This document shows, piece after piece, positions 1 to 9,893 of a DNA stretch of 63,658 nt. The notes beneath the pieces were generated by a model, which worked only from the letters and a program-made list of their open reading frames with translations, did not search any database and was not told where the DNA came from. This DNA is from Comamonadaceae bacterium (GTDB lineage Bacteria; Pseudomonadota; Gammaproteobacteria; Burkholderiales; Burkholderiaceae_C), in NCBI GenBank assembly GCA_947455935.1, contig CANGPV010000001.1, positions 1 through 63,658 on the forward strand, given 5' to 3'. Position 1 is the stretch's first letter; each line of letters begins with the position of its first letter. Both the position numbers and the translations under genes were made by a program.

Positions 1-16
1 CCCTATCTGTCAAACC

Positions 17-2044
17 ATGACCAACCCATTGCTTGATTTCTCTGGACTGCCCCGCTTTGATGCGGTTCGGCCTGAACATATTTCCCCTGCCATGACGCAA
101 CTGCTGTCTAATGCCGAAGCTGCCATGAGTGAGGTCACGCACAACGCTTTTCCTGCTGATTGGTCATCGATTGCCAAAGTGCTGGATACCGCCACCGAGC
201 GATTGGGACGCGCCTGGGGCATGGTAGGTCATTTGCAAAGCGTGGCGGACACCCCAGATCTGCGTGCAGCCTACAACGCAGAGTTGCCGCGCATCACCGA
301 TTTTTTCACCCGACTCGGTGCCAACGAAGCCCTGTATGCCAAATACAAAGCCATTCCTATCAACACCTTGAATGAAGAGCAGGCCAGAGCGCATACATTG
401 GCATTGCGCAATTTCGTTTTGTCAGGTGCCGAGTTGCAAGGCGAGGCCAAGCAACGTTTTGCCGCCATCCAAGAACGATTGGCCGAGATCAGCCAGTTGT
501 TCAGCGAGCATGTGCTGGACGCCACCGACGCTTGGTCTTTGCTGGCTGGCGAAGAAGATATTCAGGGCATTCCTCACGATGTGCTGCAAGCAGCACTTGC
601 AGCGGCCAAGGCTGAGGGTCACACCGGCTACAAGCTCACCTTGAAAATGCCTTGCTATTTGCCTGTCATGCAATACGCCCACAGCAGTGCTTTGCGTGAA
701 CAGCTGTACCGCGCCCACGCTACCCGTGCGTCAGCCGAGTTTGCACATCCCCAGTTTGACAACAGCGCTTTGCTGACGGAAATTTTGCAACTGCGCCAAG
801 AAGAGGCGACGCTGCTGGGCTATGCCAACCATGCCGAGGTGTCCTTGGCCAGCAAAATGGCCGAGTCCCCCAAGCAGGTGATGGACTTTTTGCGTGACCT
901 CGCGGTACGCGCCAGACCCTATGCAGACAAAGACTTGAATGAAATGAGGGAGTTTGCTGCGGCTGAATTGGGCATTACCGATCCCCAGCCTTGGGACTGG
1001 ACGTTCATTGGTGAAAAACTCAAGGAAGCCCGCTACAACTTCAGCGAACAAGACATCAAGCCCTACTTCACCGCACCCAAGGTGATGGCAGGTTTGTTCA
1101 AAATTGTGGAAACCTTGTTCGAGGTCAGCATTCGCGCCGACAGCGCGCCGGTGTGGCACCCCAAAGTTGAGTTCTACCGTATCGAACGGGATGGGCAGCT
1201 GGTGGGCCAGTTCTACCTCGACCCCGGTGCTCGCAGCGGCAAACGTGGCGGCGCTTGGATGGACGATGTGCGTGCCCGTTGGTTGCGCCCCGACACCGCG
1301 CAATTGCAAACCCCTATTGCGCATTTGGTATGTAACTTTGCCGAAGGCGTCAATGGCCAACCGCCCTTGCTCACCCACGACGACGTGATCACCTTGTTCC
1401 ATGAATGCGGTCACGGCTTGCACCACATGTTGACGCAAGTGAATGAACGTGATGTGTCTGGCATCAGCGGCGTTGAGTGGGATGCGGTCGAGTTGCCCAG
1501 CCAATTCATGGAAAACTTTTGCTGGGAATGGTCGGTGCTGCGCCACATGACCGCGCATGTGGACACCGGCGAGCCCTTACCGCGCGCTTTGTTCGACAAA
1601 ATGCTGGCTGCTAAAAATTTCCAAAGCGGCTTGCAAACCTTGCGGCAAATCGAGTTTTCCTTACTCGATATGCGTTTGCACACCGAACCCCAGCGTTGTA
1701 ACGATGTGTTGGCTGTGCTGCAAGAAGTGCGTGATGAAGTGGCGGTACTCCAGCCACCCACGTGGCACCGTATGCCGCACTCCTTCAGCCATGTTTTTGC
1801 GGGGGGTTATGCAGCCGGTTACTACAGCTACAAATGGGCTGAGGTACTGAGCGCCGATGCCTACGCAGCCTTTGAAGAAACCGCTGCTGAAGATGGCACC
1901 CCCTCGCTACAAACCGGTCGACGCTATCGCCAAGCGATTTTGGAGCGCGGTGGCAGCCGCCCTGCCATGAGCTCATTCAAAGATTTTCGTGGCCGTGAGC
2001 CTTCTTTGGACGCTTTGATGCGCCATCAAGGCATGGCAGCTTAG
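17..2044 (+). CDS. prlC: Oligopeptidase A (M3A metallopeptidase)
   Basis: 675 aa; N-terminal NPLL, KRGGAWM, HExxH as [41 protein letters not shown]. Confidence 0.95.
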   Translation: MTNPLLDFSGLPRFDAVRPEHISPAMTQLLSNAEAAMSEVTHNAFPADWSSIAKVLDTATERLGRAWGMVGHLQSVADTPDLRAAYNAELPRITDFFTRLGANEALYAKYKAIPINTLNEEQARAHTLALRNFVLSGAELQGEAKQRFAAIQERLAEISQLFSEHVLDATDAWSLLAGEEDIQGIPHDVLQAALAAAKAEGHTGYKLTLKMPCYLPVMQYAHSSALREQLYRAHATRASAEFAHPQFDNSALLTEILQLRQEEATLLGYANHAEVSLASKMAESPKQVMDFLRDLAVRARPYADKDLNEMREFAAAELGITDPQPWDWTFIGEKLKEARYNFSEQDIKPYFTAPKVMAGLFKIVETLFEVSIRADSAPVWHPKVEFYRIERDGQLVGQFYLDPGARSGKRGGAWMDDVRARWLRPDTAQLQTPIAHLVCNFAEGVNGQPPLLTHDDVITLFHECGHGLHHMLTQVNERDVSGISGVEWDAVELPSQFMENFCWEWSVLRHMTAHVDTGEPLPRALFDKMLAAKNFQSGLQTLRQIEFSLLDMRLHTEPQRCNDVLAVLQEVRDEVAVLQPPTWHRMPHSFSHVFAGGYAAGYYSYKWAEVLSADAYAAFEETAAEDGTPSLQTGRRYRQAILERGGSRPAMSSFKDFRGREPSLDALMRHQGMAA

Positions 2045-2724
2045 TAGCGCAGGGTCTGCACGCCCGATGGCGTAGCCAGCAAACACACATCGGCTTTTTG
2101 ATACGCAAAAATACCGACCGTGACCACGCCGGGCCATTGGCTGATGAGGGCCTCTTGTGCCAAGGGATCGCTGAGCTTCAAACCGTGCACATCGACAATG
2201 TGCTGACCGTTGTCGGTGACCAGCGCTTGGCCTTCACGCAAGCGCAACACCGCGCGCCCGCCCAAGGCGGCAAATTGGCGAATGATGTGCGGCACTGCCA
2301 TGGGGATGACTTCCACGGGCAAGGGAAATGCACCCAATATGTCTACCCGCTTGCTTTGGTCAACGATGCAGACAAACTGCTGCGCTTGGGCGGCAACAAT
2401 TTTTTCGCGGGTCAGCGCAGCGCCTCCCCCTTTGATCATGTAACCATGGCCATCGATTTCATCTGCGCCATCGATGTACACCGACAAAGCGTCTACCTGT
2501 GACACATCCACCACCGGAATGCCCAAACTTTGCATACGCTGCGTAGAGGCCACCGAACTCGACACGGCGCCTTGAAGAGGAATGCCGCTGTGGGCCAAAG
2601 CATCAATAAAGAAATTCACCGTTGAACCCGTACCTACGCCAATCAATGCATGGGGTTGCACATAAGCCAAGGCGGCTTGGGCGACCTGCGCTTTGAGCGC
2701 ATCTTGGCTGGAGAGTTGGCTCAT
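2041..2724 (-). CDS. rpiA: Ribose-5-phosphate isomerase A
   Basis: [31 protein letters not shown] motifs; ATG 2724 has AGGGA upstream (alternative TTG 2733). Confidence 0.96.
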   Translation of the reverse strand: MSQLSSQDALKAQVAQAALAYVQPHALIGVGTGSTVNFFIDALAHSGIPLQGAVSSSVASTQRMQSLGIPVVDVSQVDALSVYIDGADEIDGHGYMIKGGGAALTREKIVAAQAQQFVCIVDQSKRVDILGAFPLPVEVIPMAVPHIIRQFAALGGRAVLRLREGQALVTDNGQHIVDVHGLKLSDPLAQEALISQWPGVVTVGIFAYQKADVCLLATPSGVQTLRY

Positions 2725-2763
2725 CGGTGACAATTCCCTGATTTGTAAGACTGCTGATTATCC

Positions 2764-3846
2764 ATGTCCCTGCTGCCCTACGCCCTGCTTCGCCCCTTGC
2801 TGTTTCGCATGGAGCCTGAGGCGGTTCACGATGCCACTTTGACTATGTTGGCAGCAACCCAACACACGCCGCTGCGCTTTGCCTACCAACAGCCACGCAT
2901 CGCCGACCCTGTGCAACTGGCAGGATTGACCTTTCCCAACCGCATTGGCTTGGCCGCCGGTTTGGACAAAAACGCCCAGTGCATCGATGCGTTTGCGGCC
3001 ATGGGGTTTGGTTTTGCAGAGGTTGGCACCGTGACACCCTTGGCTCAGCCTGGCAACCCTAAGCCGCGTATGTTTCGTCTGCCACAAGCCCAGGCCCTGA
3101 TCAATCGCTTAGGTTTCAATAACCAAGGGCTGGAGAGCTTTTTACGCAATGTGCAACTTGCGCGGTTTCGGCAAGCGAGCCCACCCCCCATGCTGCTGGG
3201 TTTGAACATTGGCAAAAACGCCGTCACGCCCATCGAACACGCTGCCGACGATTACCTGCAATGTTTGAAGGCGGTGTATCCCTTTGCAGACTATGTGACA
3301 GTCAATATTTCCAGCCCCAACACGCAAAATCTGCGCAGCTTGCAAAGCGATGCGGCCTTATCTTCGCTGCTCAATCTATTGGAGCAAGCGCGGACACAGT
3401 TGGCCCAACAACACGACAAACATGTTCCGCTCTTCATCAAAGTTGCGCCAGATTTGGATGACACCCAACTCGAACAACTGTGCGCCACACTTGGTTCACA
3501 CCTCGCGGCACACAGCGGTGCAGACCATGATGCGAAGTGGGGCGTCATCGCCACCAACACCACCTTGTCGCGTGACGCAGTCGCGGCCCTGCCCTACGGC
3601 AACGAGACAGGTGGCTTGTCAGGTGCCCCCGTCAAACAAGCCAGCAACCGCGTGATCCGCGCTTTGCGTCAAGGCTTGGGCCCCGACTTTCCCATCGTCG
3701 GTGTAGGCGGTGTTTTCAGCGCTGAAGACGCTGTGGAAAAAATACAAGCAGGTGCGAACTTGGTGCAAATTTACACCGGCTTGATTTACCAAGGTCCGGC
3801 CTTGGTCACACAGATTGCCAAGGGCTTGCGTGACCACGCTGCCTAG
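2764..3846 (+). CDS. pyrD: Quinone-dependent dihydroorotate dehydrogenase (class 2)
   Basis: [50 protein letters not shown]. Confidence 0.97.
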   Translation: MSLLPYALLRPLLFRMEPEAVHDATLTMLAATQHTPLRFAYQQPRIADPVQLAGLTFPNRIGLAAGLDKNAQCIDAFAAMGFGFAEVGTVTPLAQPGNPKPRMFRLPQAQALINRLGFNNQGLESFLRNVQLARFRQASPPPMLLGLNIGKNAVTPIEHAADDYLQCLKAVYPFADYVTVNISSPNTQNLRSLQSDAALSSLLNLLEQARTQLAQQHDKHVPLFIKVAPDLDDTQLEQLCATLGSHLAAHSGADHDAKWGVIATNTTLSRDAVAALPYGNETGGLSGAPVKQASNRVIRALRQGLGPDFPIVGVGGVFSAEDAVEKIQAGANLVQIYTGLIYQGPALVTQIAKGLRDHAA

Positions 3847-4406
3847 CGGCTGTGCGCCCAGTGCTTGAGCCAGTTGTTTTTGTAATTCAGCGCCAACTCT
3901 GCTGAACCCAGCACCAACAAGTTTTCTGCGTTACGACTTTGCGCCGCATTGGTGAAGTTGTAACTGCCGGTGATGACAGTCTGCGCATCGATGATCATGA
4001 CTTTGTTGTGGGCAATGGCGTGTTGACCATCCAAACGCATAGGCACATTGGCTTCGCGAAGCAGATCAATCACATAGCGATTGGTGAACTCGCTTTTCTC
4101 ATCCAGCAGCACCTGTACCTTCACGCCTCTTGCGTGCGCGCGCGTCAACGCCTGTGCCATGGCTGCGTGGGTAAATCCATAGGCTTGGACCAAGACCTCG
4201 GTGTGGCTGTGTTCGATGGCATCAATCACGGCTTTGGCAGCATCCGAGGGCGGCGTGAAATACAGACCCAGAACCTGCGCCGAAGCAGGCACCTCTGGCA
4301 AGGTTATTTCGGGGGTGTCTGCGATGCCGGTGTCTTGCGCCGTGCAGGGACTGACAACGCCTATACCCAACAGGCTCATCACAAGCACCCCAAGGGCCCA
4401 TCTCAT
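3843..4406 (-). CDS. Exported single-HKD phospholipase D-family nuclease (Nuc-like)
   Basis: Signal-peptide-like N-terminus; [24 protein letters not shown] = HxK(x4)D(x6)GSxN. Confidence 0.85.
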   Translation of the reverse strand: MRWALGVLVMSLLGIGVVSPCTAQDTGIADTPEITLPEVPASAQVLGLYFTPPSDAAKAVIDAIEHSHTEVLVQAYGFTHAAMAQALTRAHARGVKVQVLLDEKSEFTNRYVIDLLREANVPMRLDGQHAIAHNKVMIIDAQTVITGSYNFTNAAQSRNAENLLVLGSAELALNYKNNWLKHWAHSR

Positions 4407-4484
4407 GTCACCACGACTGCGCACATCTGCCCCTTAAACTCTGTTTGTTGGCCCGCAAGTCCCTGGCCTGTTCACAACCATTCT

Positions 4485-5414
4485 ATGAACCTCACTGAAC
4501 TCTCTGAGCAAGACATCGCCTCGCTGGCTGATGCGCTGTCCCAGCATCCCCATTACCGCGTGTTGCGTCGCTTAATTCCGCGCCACAGTTTTGTGCCATC
4601 CGTCCCAGGGCAGGTGCTTCACAAAGCGGTGGTACTCGATACCGAAACCACGGGCCTGAGCGCACAAGACGACCAAGTCATTGAATTGGGCATGATTGCA
4701 TTTGAATTTGATCCGGTTGCTGGCACCATCCACCGTGTGCTGGAGGTGTTTGATGAACTCGAAGACCCGGGTCGCCCCATTCCACCTGAGACCACGCAAG
4801 TGCATCACATCACTGACGAGATGGTGCGTGGCAAGCGCATAGATGACACCCAAGTCGAGAAGATCATTGCCGACGCCAGTGTCATCATTGCCCACAACGC
4901 TGCGTTCGACCGCCCCTTTGTGGAAAACCGCTGGCCTGGCTTTGAAAACAAACAATGGGTGTGCAGCATCAAAGACATCGATTGGAAAAGTGAGGGTGTG
5001 GGTTCTGCCAAGTTGGAGTATTTGCTGCAAACACAGGGAATGTTTTATGAAGCGCACAGAGCAGAAACCGATTGCTGGGCTTTGCTCGAGTTGCTCAATG
5101 CCCAGTTACCGCAAAGCCAGCAACCCGCATTGCTGAAACTGCTGGAGTCACTCAACCAACCCCAAGTGCGTCTCTATGCCACCGGCTCCCCTTTTGACAG
5201 CAAAGATTTGCTCAAAGCGCGGGGTTACCGTTGGGCCCCAGAGATCAAATGCTGGCACCGTCAGTTGGGCGGTGACAAGGCTTTGCAAGAGGAATTATCT
5301 TGGCTTAAAAACAAGGTTTACCAAGGCAAACGCGCCACTGTGGACATTGAAACCTTGGGCGGCTTGGTCAGACACTCTGCGCGGCAAGGACACAAAACCA
5401 CGCAAGCCCTTTGA
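4485..5414 (+). CDS. DEDDh 3'-5' exonuclease (DnaQ/epsilon-like)
   Basis: VLDTETTG, AHNAAFDR, HRAETD; ATG 4485 chosen because the longer ORF overlaps the PLD gene. Confidence 0.88.
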   Translation: MNLTELSEQDIASLADALSQHPHYRVLRRLIPRHSFVPSVPGQVLHKAVVLDTETTGLSAQDDQVIELGMIAFEFDPVAGTIHRVLEVFDELEDPGRPIPPETTQVHHITDEMVRGKRIDDTQVEKIIADASVIIAHNAAFDRPFVENRWPGFENKQWVCSIKDIDWKSEGVGSAKLEYLLQTQGMFYEAHRAETDCWALLELLNAQLPQSQQPALLKLLESLNQPQVRLYATGSPFDSKDLLKARGYRWAPEIKCWHRQLGGDKALQEELSWLKNKVYQGKRATVDIETLGGLVRHSARQGHKTTQAL

Positions 5415-5416
5415 GC

Positions 5417-5806
5417 TTAGTAAGGCACCAACTGCCAAGGCATGGTGCAGGTGGCTACATTGGGGTAGTACTGCCTTGATGCTTGGCAAAAATAAGCCAC
5501 GCGAGGTGCTTCGATAGCCACGGGAGGGGGTGGTGGGGCAATGATGGTGACCGAGGGTTGGCTGTAGCTTTGATTAGCCCAATAAAGGGTGGAACCGATG
5601 ATGGCTGCAGAGGCCCAAGGTGCCCAACCCCACCCACGCTCACCATGGTAACCATGATGGCCATGATGGCCATGCCCGCCCTCGTATCCCTGCCGATTAG
5701 CTTGGTAATGGGTGTTGTGGCGCTGCCAGTCTTGCTCATTCGCCGAGGAAAAGCCCGGTACAGCTAACAACATACAAAGAGCTAGACACAACAGCGGCTT
5801 TTTCAT
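5417..5806 (-). CDS. Exported His/Gly- and Pro-rich hypothetical protein
   Basis: Signal peptide MKKPLLCLALC; GHHGHHG tract; PPPPP; C-terminal YFC..YYPNV..C..PW motif. Confidence 0.65.
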   Translation of the reverse strand: MKKPLLCLALCMLLAVPGFSSANEQDWQRHNTHYQANRQGYEGGHGHHGHHGYHGERGWGWAPWASAAIIGSTLYWANQSYSQPSVTIIAPPPPPVAIEAPRVAYFCQASRQYYPNVATCTMPWQLVPY

Positions 5807-5893
5807 GGAAGACCTTGATGAAGAGCAAATCATGCTCAGTTAACGCAGTCAAGGCTCTGACGGATGACAAGCAAGTGTTTTAAGATGCGAGAC

Positions 5894-6226
5894 ATGAAAC
5901 GACATCTGTTTATTGTTTTAGCGCTCCTGCTGACGACCTTGGACATCCACGCAGCAGCTGATGATGCCTATAAATTCCCTTACGTCCACTTGCACGATCT
6001 TCCCAGTCCGCTGCAAGAGGCTTATCGCAATGAAAAACCCCATTTGGGTGAGATTGGGCGCTGCGCCACCAGCCATGACAACAGCATGGACCAAGAAAAA
6101 ATGGTGTTTACCTGCTCAATTTACGTAAAGATGTCCGCTGTGGCCGAGCGCAAGGCCATGGAACGCTGTGAGCAGATGAAAAACGCCAGAGGCATCAAGG
6201 CACCATGCAAAGTCATCGCTGAGTAA
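5894..6226 (+). CDS. Exported Cys-containing hypothetical protein (DUF4189-like C-terminus)
   Basis: Signal peptide MKRHLFIVLALL..IHA; AERKAMERCE..APCKVI. Confidence 0.6.
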   Translation: MKRHLFIVLALLLTTLDIHAAADDAYKFPYVHLHDLPSPLQEAYRNEKPHLGEIGRCATSHDNSMDQEKMVFTCSIYVKMSAVAERKAMERCEQMKNARGIKAPCKVIAE

Positions 6227-6230
6227 GGCT

Positions 6231-6605
6231 CTAAATCAGTTGCACATAGATGGCGATACAAGCGCCGTAGGCCACCACCCAGCAAAGGGTGCGCAAGCTG
6301 GCCCAATCCAGCAAATAGGTGAGGAAATACAAGCTCCTGGCCGCCACAAACAACAAGCACAGAGGGTCTAGCCAAACCGAACTGGCTTGGAAATGCAATG
6401 CCAAGACAACGGCGATAGCGAAGAGTGGGAAAGCCTCAAAGTTGTTGTTTTGTGCGGCATTGGCGCGTGCTCGAAAACCGGTTTGTGCAGCCAACCATTG
6501 GCGGGGATTGTGGTTGTCGAAATCTTTAAAGCCCCATTTCGCTATGGCCGCACCCAACACAGGCATGACGCCAGCCACCAACACACAGGCCACTGGGATA
6601 TTCAA
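6231..6605 (-). CDS. MAPEG family membrane protein
   Basis: DNHNPR..RANAAQNNNFEAFPLF, R..Y...Y..D...LR; TTG start overlapping the aroQ stop. Confidence 0.88.
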   Translation of the reverse strand: MNIPVACVLVAGVMPVLGAAIAKWGFKDFDNHNPRQWLAAQTGFRARANAAQNNNFEAFPLFAIAVVLALHFQASSVWLDPLCLLFVAARSLYFLTYLLDWASLRTLCWVVAYGACIAIYVQLI

Positions 6606-7063
6606 GCACCCACCTTGTGGGATGCACGATGCGCCAAGGCCTGAATAGCCAGCGCATAGCCCTGTATGCCCAAACCGGCCATGACGCCTACTGCCACGGG
6701 CGAAACATAGGAGTGATGGCGAAACGCCTCACGCGCAAACACATTGCTGATGTGGGTTTCAATGACAGGCAACCCCGTGCCCTTGATGGCGTCATGCAAA
6801 GCCACCGACGTGTGGGTGAACGCCCCCGGGTTGAACACAGCACCCACGGCTTTGCCTTGCTGGCAGAGCAGGCCATAGGCATGAATCTGGTCGATCAACT
6901 CACCCTCGTGGTTGCTTTGCACAAAATGCACCTCTAAGCCCAAGGGAGTGGCGGTGGCGCGGCACAAAGCCTCCACATCGGCCAAGCTGGTGTGGCCGTA
7001 TTGCTCGGGCTCACGGGTGCCCAACAAGTTGAGATTGGGGCCGTTGAGAATGAGAATCTTCAT
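6602..7063 (-). CDS. aroQ: Type II 3-dehydroquinate dehydratase
   Basis: ILNGPNLNLLGTREPEQYG, QSNHEG, NPGAFTHTS, HISNVFAREAFRHHS. Confidence 0.97.
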   Translation of the reverse strand: MKILILNGPNLNLLGTREPEQYGHTSLADVEALCRATATPLGLEVHFVQSNHEGELIDQIHAYGLLCQQGKAVGAVFNPGAFTHTSVALHDAIKGTGLPVIETHISNVFAREAFRHHSYVSPVAVGVMAGLGIQGYALAIQALAHRASHKVGA

Positions 7064-7105
7064 ATTTTGAGTATACGATGGCACTCTTAACTCGCAGGAG
7101 GTGCC

Positions 7106-7792
7106 ATGATTCGTTTGGTGGTTTTTGACGCTTACGGCACATTGTTTGATGTGTACGCCATCAGCGCCATGGCCGAAACCATGTTTCCCGGCCATGGCAA
7201 TGCCTTGTCTGTGCTGTGGCGTGACAAGCAAATCGAGTACAGCCGCTTGATATCACTCAGCGACCCGCTCAACCCCCTGGGCAGCCGCCATTACCAGTCG
7301 TTTTGGGACTTGACACGGTTGGGGCTGCAATACGCTTGCCAAAAACTCGGGCTGGAGCTGACACCGCCCAAGCAAAAACAGCTGATGGACCAGTACGCGC
7401 ATCTCACCCCCTTTGAAGAAAACTGGGATGTATTGCAACACCTTAAAGGCATGGGCATGCCTTGCGCGATTTTGTCCAACGGCAGCCCCGATATGCTGGC
7501 CAAGGCGGTCAGCAGTGCCGGTTTCACTGGTTTGATCGACAAGGTGATTTCGGTCGATGAGGTACGGCAATTCAAAACCTCGCCACAAAGCTATGGTTTG
7601 GTCACTCACCATTACCCCATGGATGTGCGAGAGGTGCTGTTTGTCTCCAGCAACAGCTGGGATGCGCTGGGTGCCACCTGGTTTGGCTTCAAAAGCTTTT
7701 GGGTCAACCGCCAGGGCCTACCGTTTGAAACCCTGGGTCCTCGCCCAAGCTATAGCGGCCACACTTTGAAAGACATCCTGCCCTTGCTATGA
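7106..7792 (+). CDS. Haloacid dehalogenase type II (HAD superfamily)
   Basis: FDAYGTLFDV, WRDKQIEYS, ILSNGS, FVSSNSWD. Confidence 0.92.
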   Translation: MIRLVVFDAYGTLFDVYAISAMAETMFPGHGNALSVLWRDKQIEYSRLISLSDPLNPLGSRHYQSFWDLTRLGLQYACQKLGLELTPPKQKQLMDQYAHLTPFEENWDVLQHLKGMGMPCAILSNGSPDMLAKAVSSAGFTGLIDKVISVDEVRQFKTSPQSYGLVTHHYPMDVREVLFVSSNSWDALGATWFGFKSFWVNRQGLPFETLGPRPSYSGHTLKDILPLL

Positions 7793-8190
7793 AGAAGTGG
7801 GCGGTCATCAGCCTCTGGTGGTTTGCAGGGTCGGCCCTGGCTATGGGCTGGTGGAGCAAGAAAGAGCCTTTGCAAGGCTACGATTTGTCGCCCACCGAGC
7901 TGAAAAACATCGGCATTCAGTCGGGCTGGTCCAGCGATGACCCGCAGCTGATGATGTTTGAACTCAGCAACCGCTTAAGCGGCCCTATTTATTGCGTAGG
8001 CGCCAACTTTGAGATGAAAGATGGCAAAAAAATTCAACACGCCTTTGACCCCAAACTCTACGTGCCAGCGGGACAAAAAAGAAATGCCTCTGTACGAGGC
8101 ATTGAAAAAAAAGATCTGAAGAGCTTTGGCTTTGGCTGCCGGTGCATGAAAACCGCACCCGACGCAGCCTGTGAGAACCCCTACAAATAA
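7789..8190 (+). CDS. Exported hypothetical protein
   Basis: ATGA overlap with the HAD gene; signal peptide; 4 Cys. Confidence 0.55.
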   Translation: MKKWAVISLWWFAGSALAMGWWSKKEPLQGYDLSPTELKNIGIQSGWSSDDPQLMMFELSNRLSGPIYCVGANFEMKDGKKIQHAFDPKLYVPAGQKRNASVRGIEKKDLKSFGFGCRCMKTAPDAACENPYK

Positions 8191-8206
8191 AGCAGAGGTT
8201 GAAAAA

Positions 8207-8659
8207 TCAGTTAGCGTTGTTGTTGCCAGGGCCGCCTGCGGGTGGTGTGGCTGCCGCAGGTGTGGCGGGCGCGCTCATGACAGGCTTGGCGGCAGTGGGG
8301 TTGCTGCCAGCGGGATACACAGGAGGGGCACCGACTTGCTGCATCTCGCCACGGAACTCACCGCCACGCTCGATTTGGATTTGCGAATATTCCAATTTGC
8401 CAGACACCTTGCCGGTGGCACGGATATGCAAATGGTCACGGCAGTGGATAACTTGGTGCATCTCACCTTCCACCTCGATGCTACGGGCAGTGACTTTGCC
8501 CGTGATTTTCCCGGACTGACCAATGAAGATTTCTTCGGCGGTCAACTCACCATCGACAGTGCCGTAAATAGTGGCTTTCTTGGGCACATTGAGCGTGCCT
8601 TTGAAGGTTACGCCGTTGCCAATCACCAGATTGTTGGATTGATCGATATTGGTTGCCAT
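8207..8659 (-). CDS. Bactofilin (polymer-forming cytoskeletal protein)
   Basis: Beta-helix repeats LVIGNGVTFKG..IYGTVDGEL..IGQSGKITG..GKVSGKLEY..IERGG; Pro/Ala-rich tail. Confidence 0.9.
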   Translation of the reverse strand: MATNIDQSNNLVIGNGVTFKGTLNVPKKATIYGTVDGELTAEEIFIGQSGKITGKVTARSIEVEGEMHQVIHCRDHLHIRATGKVSGKLEYSQIQIERGGEFRGEMQQVGAPPVYPAGSNPTAAKPVMSAPATPAAATPPAGGPGNNNAN

Positions 8660-8692
8660 AAGTGAATCTCGCTTTGAAGTGAAGTGGGTAGT

Positions 8693-9265
8693 TTAGTAAA
8701 AAAGGAAATAGCCATTGAGCGTGCAGGCTGTACCCACACAACCCAAGACAATGGCGGCATAAAACATGGCGCGTCGGCTGGAAATGATGGCCACAGAGGT
8801 CAGCACAATGGCCAATTGGAGTAAGCCTTCGGCGTAATCGAACCAAGGGTCTTTGCGCAAGGCCAAATCTCGCTCTTCTTCCAAATGTTTGGCCTTGGCC
8901 ATGAGCTCTTTTTTGCCCTCACCGGTTTCGGGTTCAGACTCATAGCGCTCGACGTTTTTTTTGTAGGCGGCCAGTTTGGCTTCCATCAGTTCTTTGGCTT
9001 GCCCGGACGGCTTGTCATTGGCCAATTGGATTTCCAAGCGGTCAACCGCCAGTTTGTAGTCAGTTTGGCGAATACTCTTGGCTTGGAAGAAGGAATAGGT
9101 GTTGGACGCCAAGATGTTATTCATCATGGCATCTTTGCCCGTATTGGCACCGCCCAAATTGTTGACGGCCAAAATCAATGCCAAACCAGACACCAATAAG
9201 GCGCAATGGGTCTTGAAAGGATCGCCATCAGCTTCAGCCAAATCGTGGGTATCCGGTGTTTCCAT
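8693..9265 (-). CDS. DUF4337-like membrane protein
   Basis: Hydrophobic N-terminus, FFQAKSIRQ, coiled-coil middle, LLQLAIVLTSVAI and C-terminal TM pair. Confidence 0.75.
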   Translation of the reverse strand: METPDTHDLAEADGDPFKTHCALLVSGLALILAVNNLGGANTGKDAMMNNILASNTYSFFQAKSIRQTDYKLAVDRLEIQLANDKPSGQAKELMEAKLAAYKKNVERYESEPETGEGKKELMAKAKHLEEERDLALRKDPWFDYAEGLLQLAIVLTSVAIISSRRAMFYAAIVLGCVGTACTLNGYFLFY

Positions 9266-9303
9266 GTTCTTTCAACTTGTACGGCTCAAAACAGGCATTG
9301 TAG

Positions 9304-9879
9304 TCAGCGTTTGACCGGTTTGACCTCGTAGGGAGCGACAGAGATTGCTTCCAGCAAATAGCCGCTCACCCCCTGAGAAGTGGCGACCCGCCCCTCTTTG
9401 ATCTCGCCTTCCACCCACACAATGTCCATGGATTCAGGTAATTTCTTGATTTTGCTTTGCGCCGTGGGGCGAATCAGCACAATTTGGTTGGCGGGTGGAG
9501 GGGGCGTATGGATGCACGCACCAAAATAAGGAACTAATAAAAACTCACGTTTTTCAGCACGATCGGCGTCCAAAGGCACCACATAACCCGGCAAACGTAC
9601 CTTTTTGTTCAGTTGCGATTTGACAATCGGCGCTTCGTCAAATTTTTTGCGCATGGCCGACATGGCTTTGTAGGCCTCTTCGCTGCTGTCTTGTAAGTTG
9701 GAGAGTTTGCCCACCGCAGCCATTTCCTTGGTCATTTCTTTGACCCAAGGCTCGGGCATGAGGTCGTTCCAGTCGATGAGGTTGTAGCCTGGGGTTTGCG
9801 CCCCTGCCAATGATGTTGCCGCCAATGCCAACACGGCGATGCCCCGCATCACCCCATGAAACCATCCACGCCTGGGCAT
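9304..9879 (-). CDS. DUF3299 family exported protein
   Basis: IDWNDLMP, VRLPGYVVPL, EFLLVPYFGACIHTPPPPANQIV. Confidence 0.88.
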   Translation of the reverse strand: MPRRGWFHGVMRGIAVLALAATSLAGAQTPGYNLIDWNDLMPEPWVKEMTKEMAAVGKLSNLQDSSEEAYKAMSAMRKKFDEAPIVKSQLNKKVRLPGYVVPLDADRAEKREFLLVPYFGACIHTPPPPANQIVLIRPTAQSKIKKLPESMDIVWVEGEIKEGRVATSQGVSGYLLEAISVAPYEVKPVKR

Positions 9880-9893
9880 ATGAAAAATCCTTT

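Noticed and set aside
1399-1428. HECGH variant of the PrlC zinc motif as a sign of altered function
   Set aside because: The x positions of HExxH are variable; all catalytic residues and the downstream Glu are intact.
731-1558. 275-aa minus-strand ORF
   Set aside because: Antisense to prlC; typical codon-bias shadow.
3939-4484. 182-aa N-terminal extension of the exonuclease ORF
   Set aside because: Overlaps the PLD nuclease gene on the opposite strand; the real start is most likely ATG 4485.
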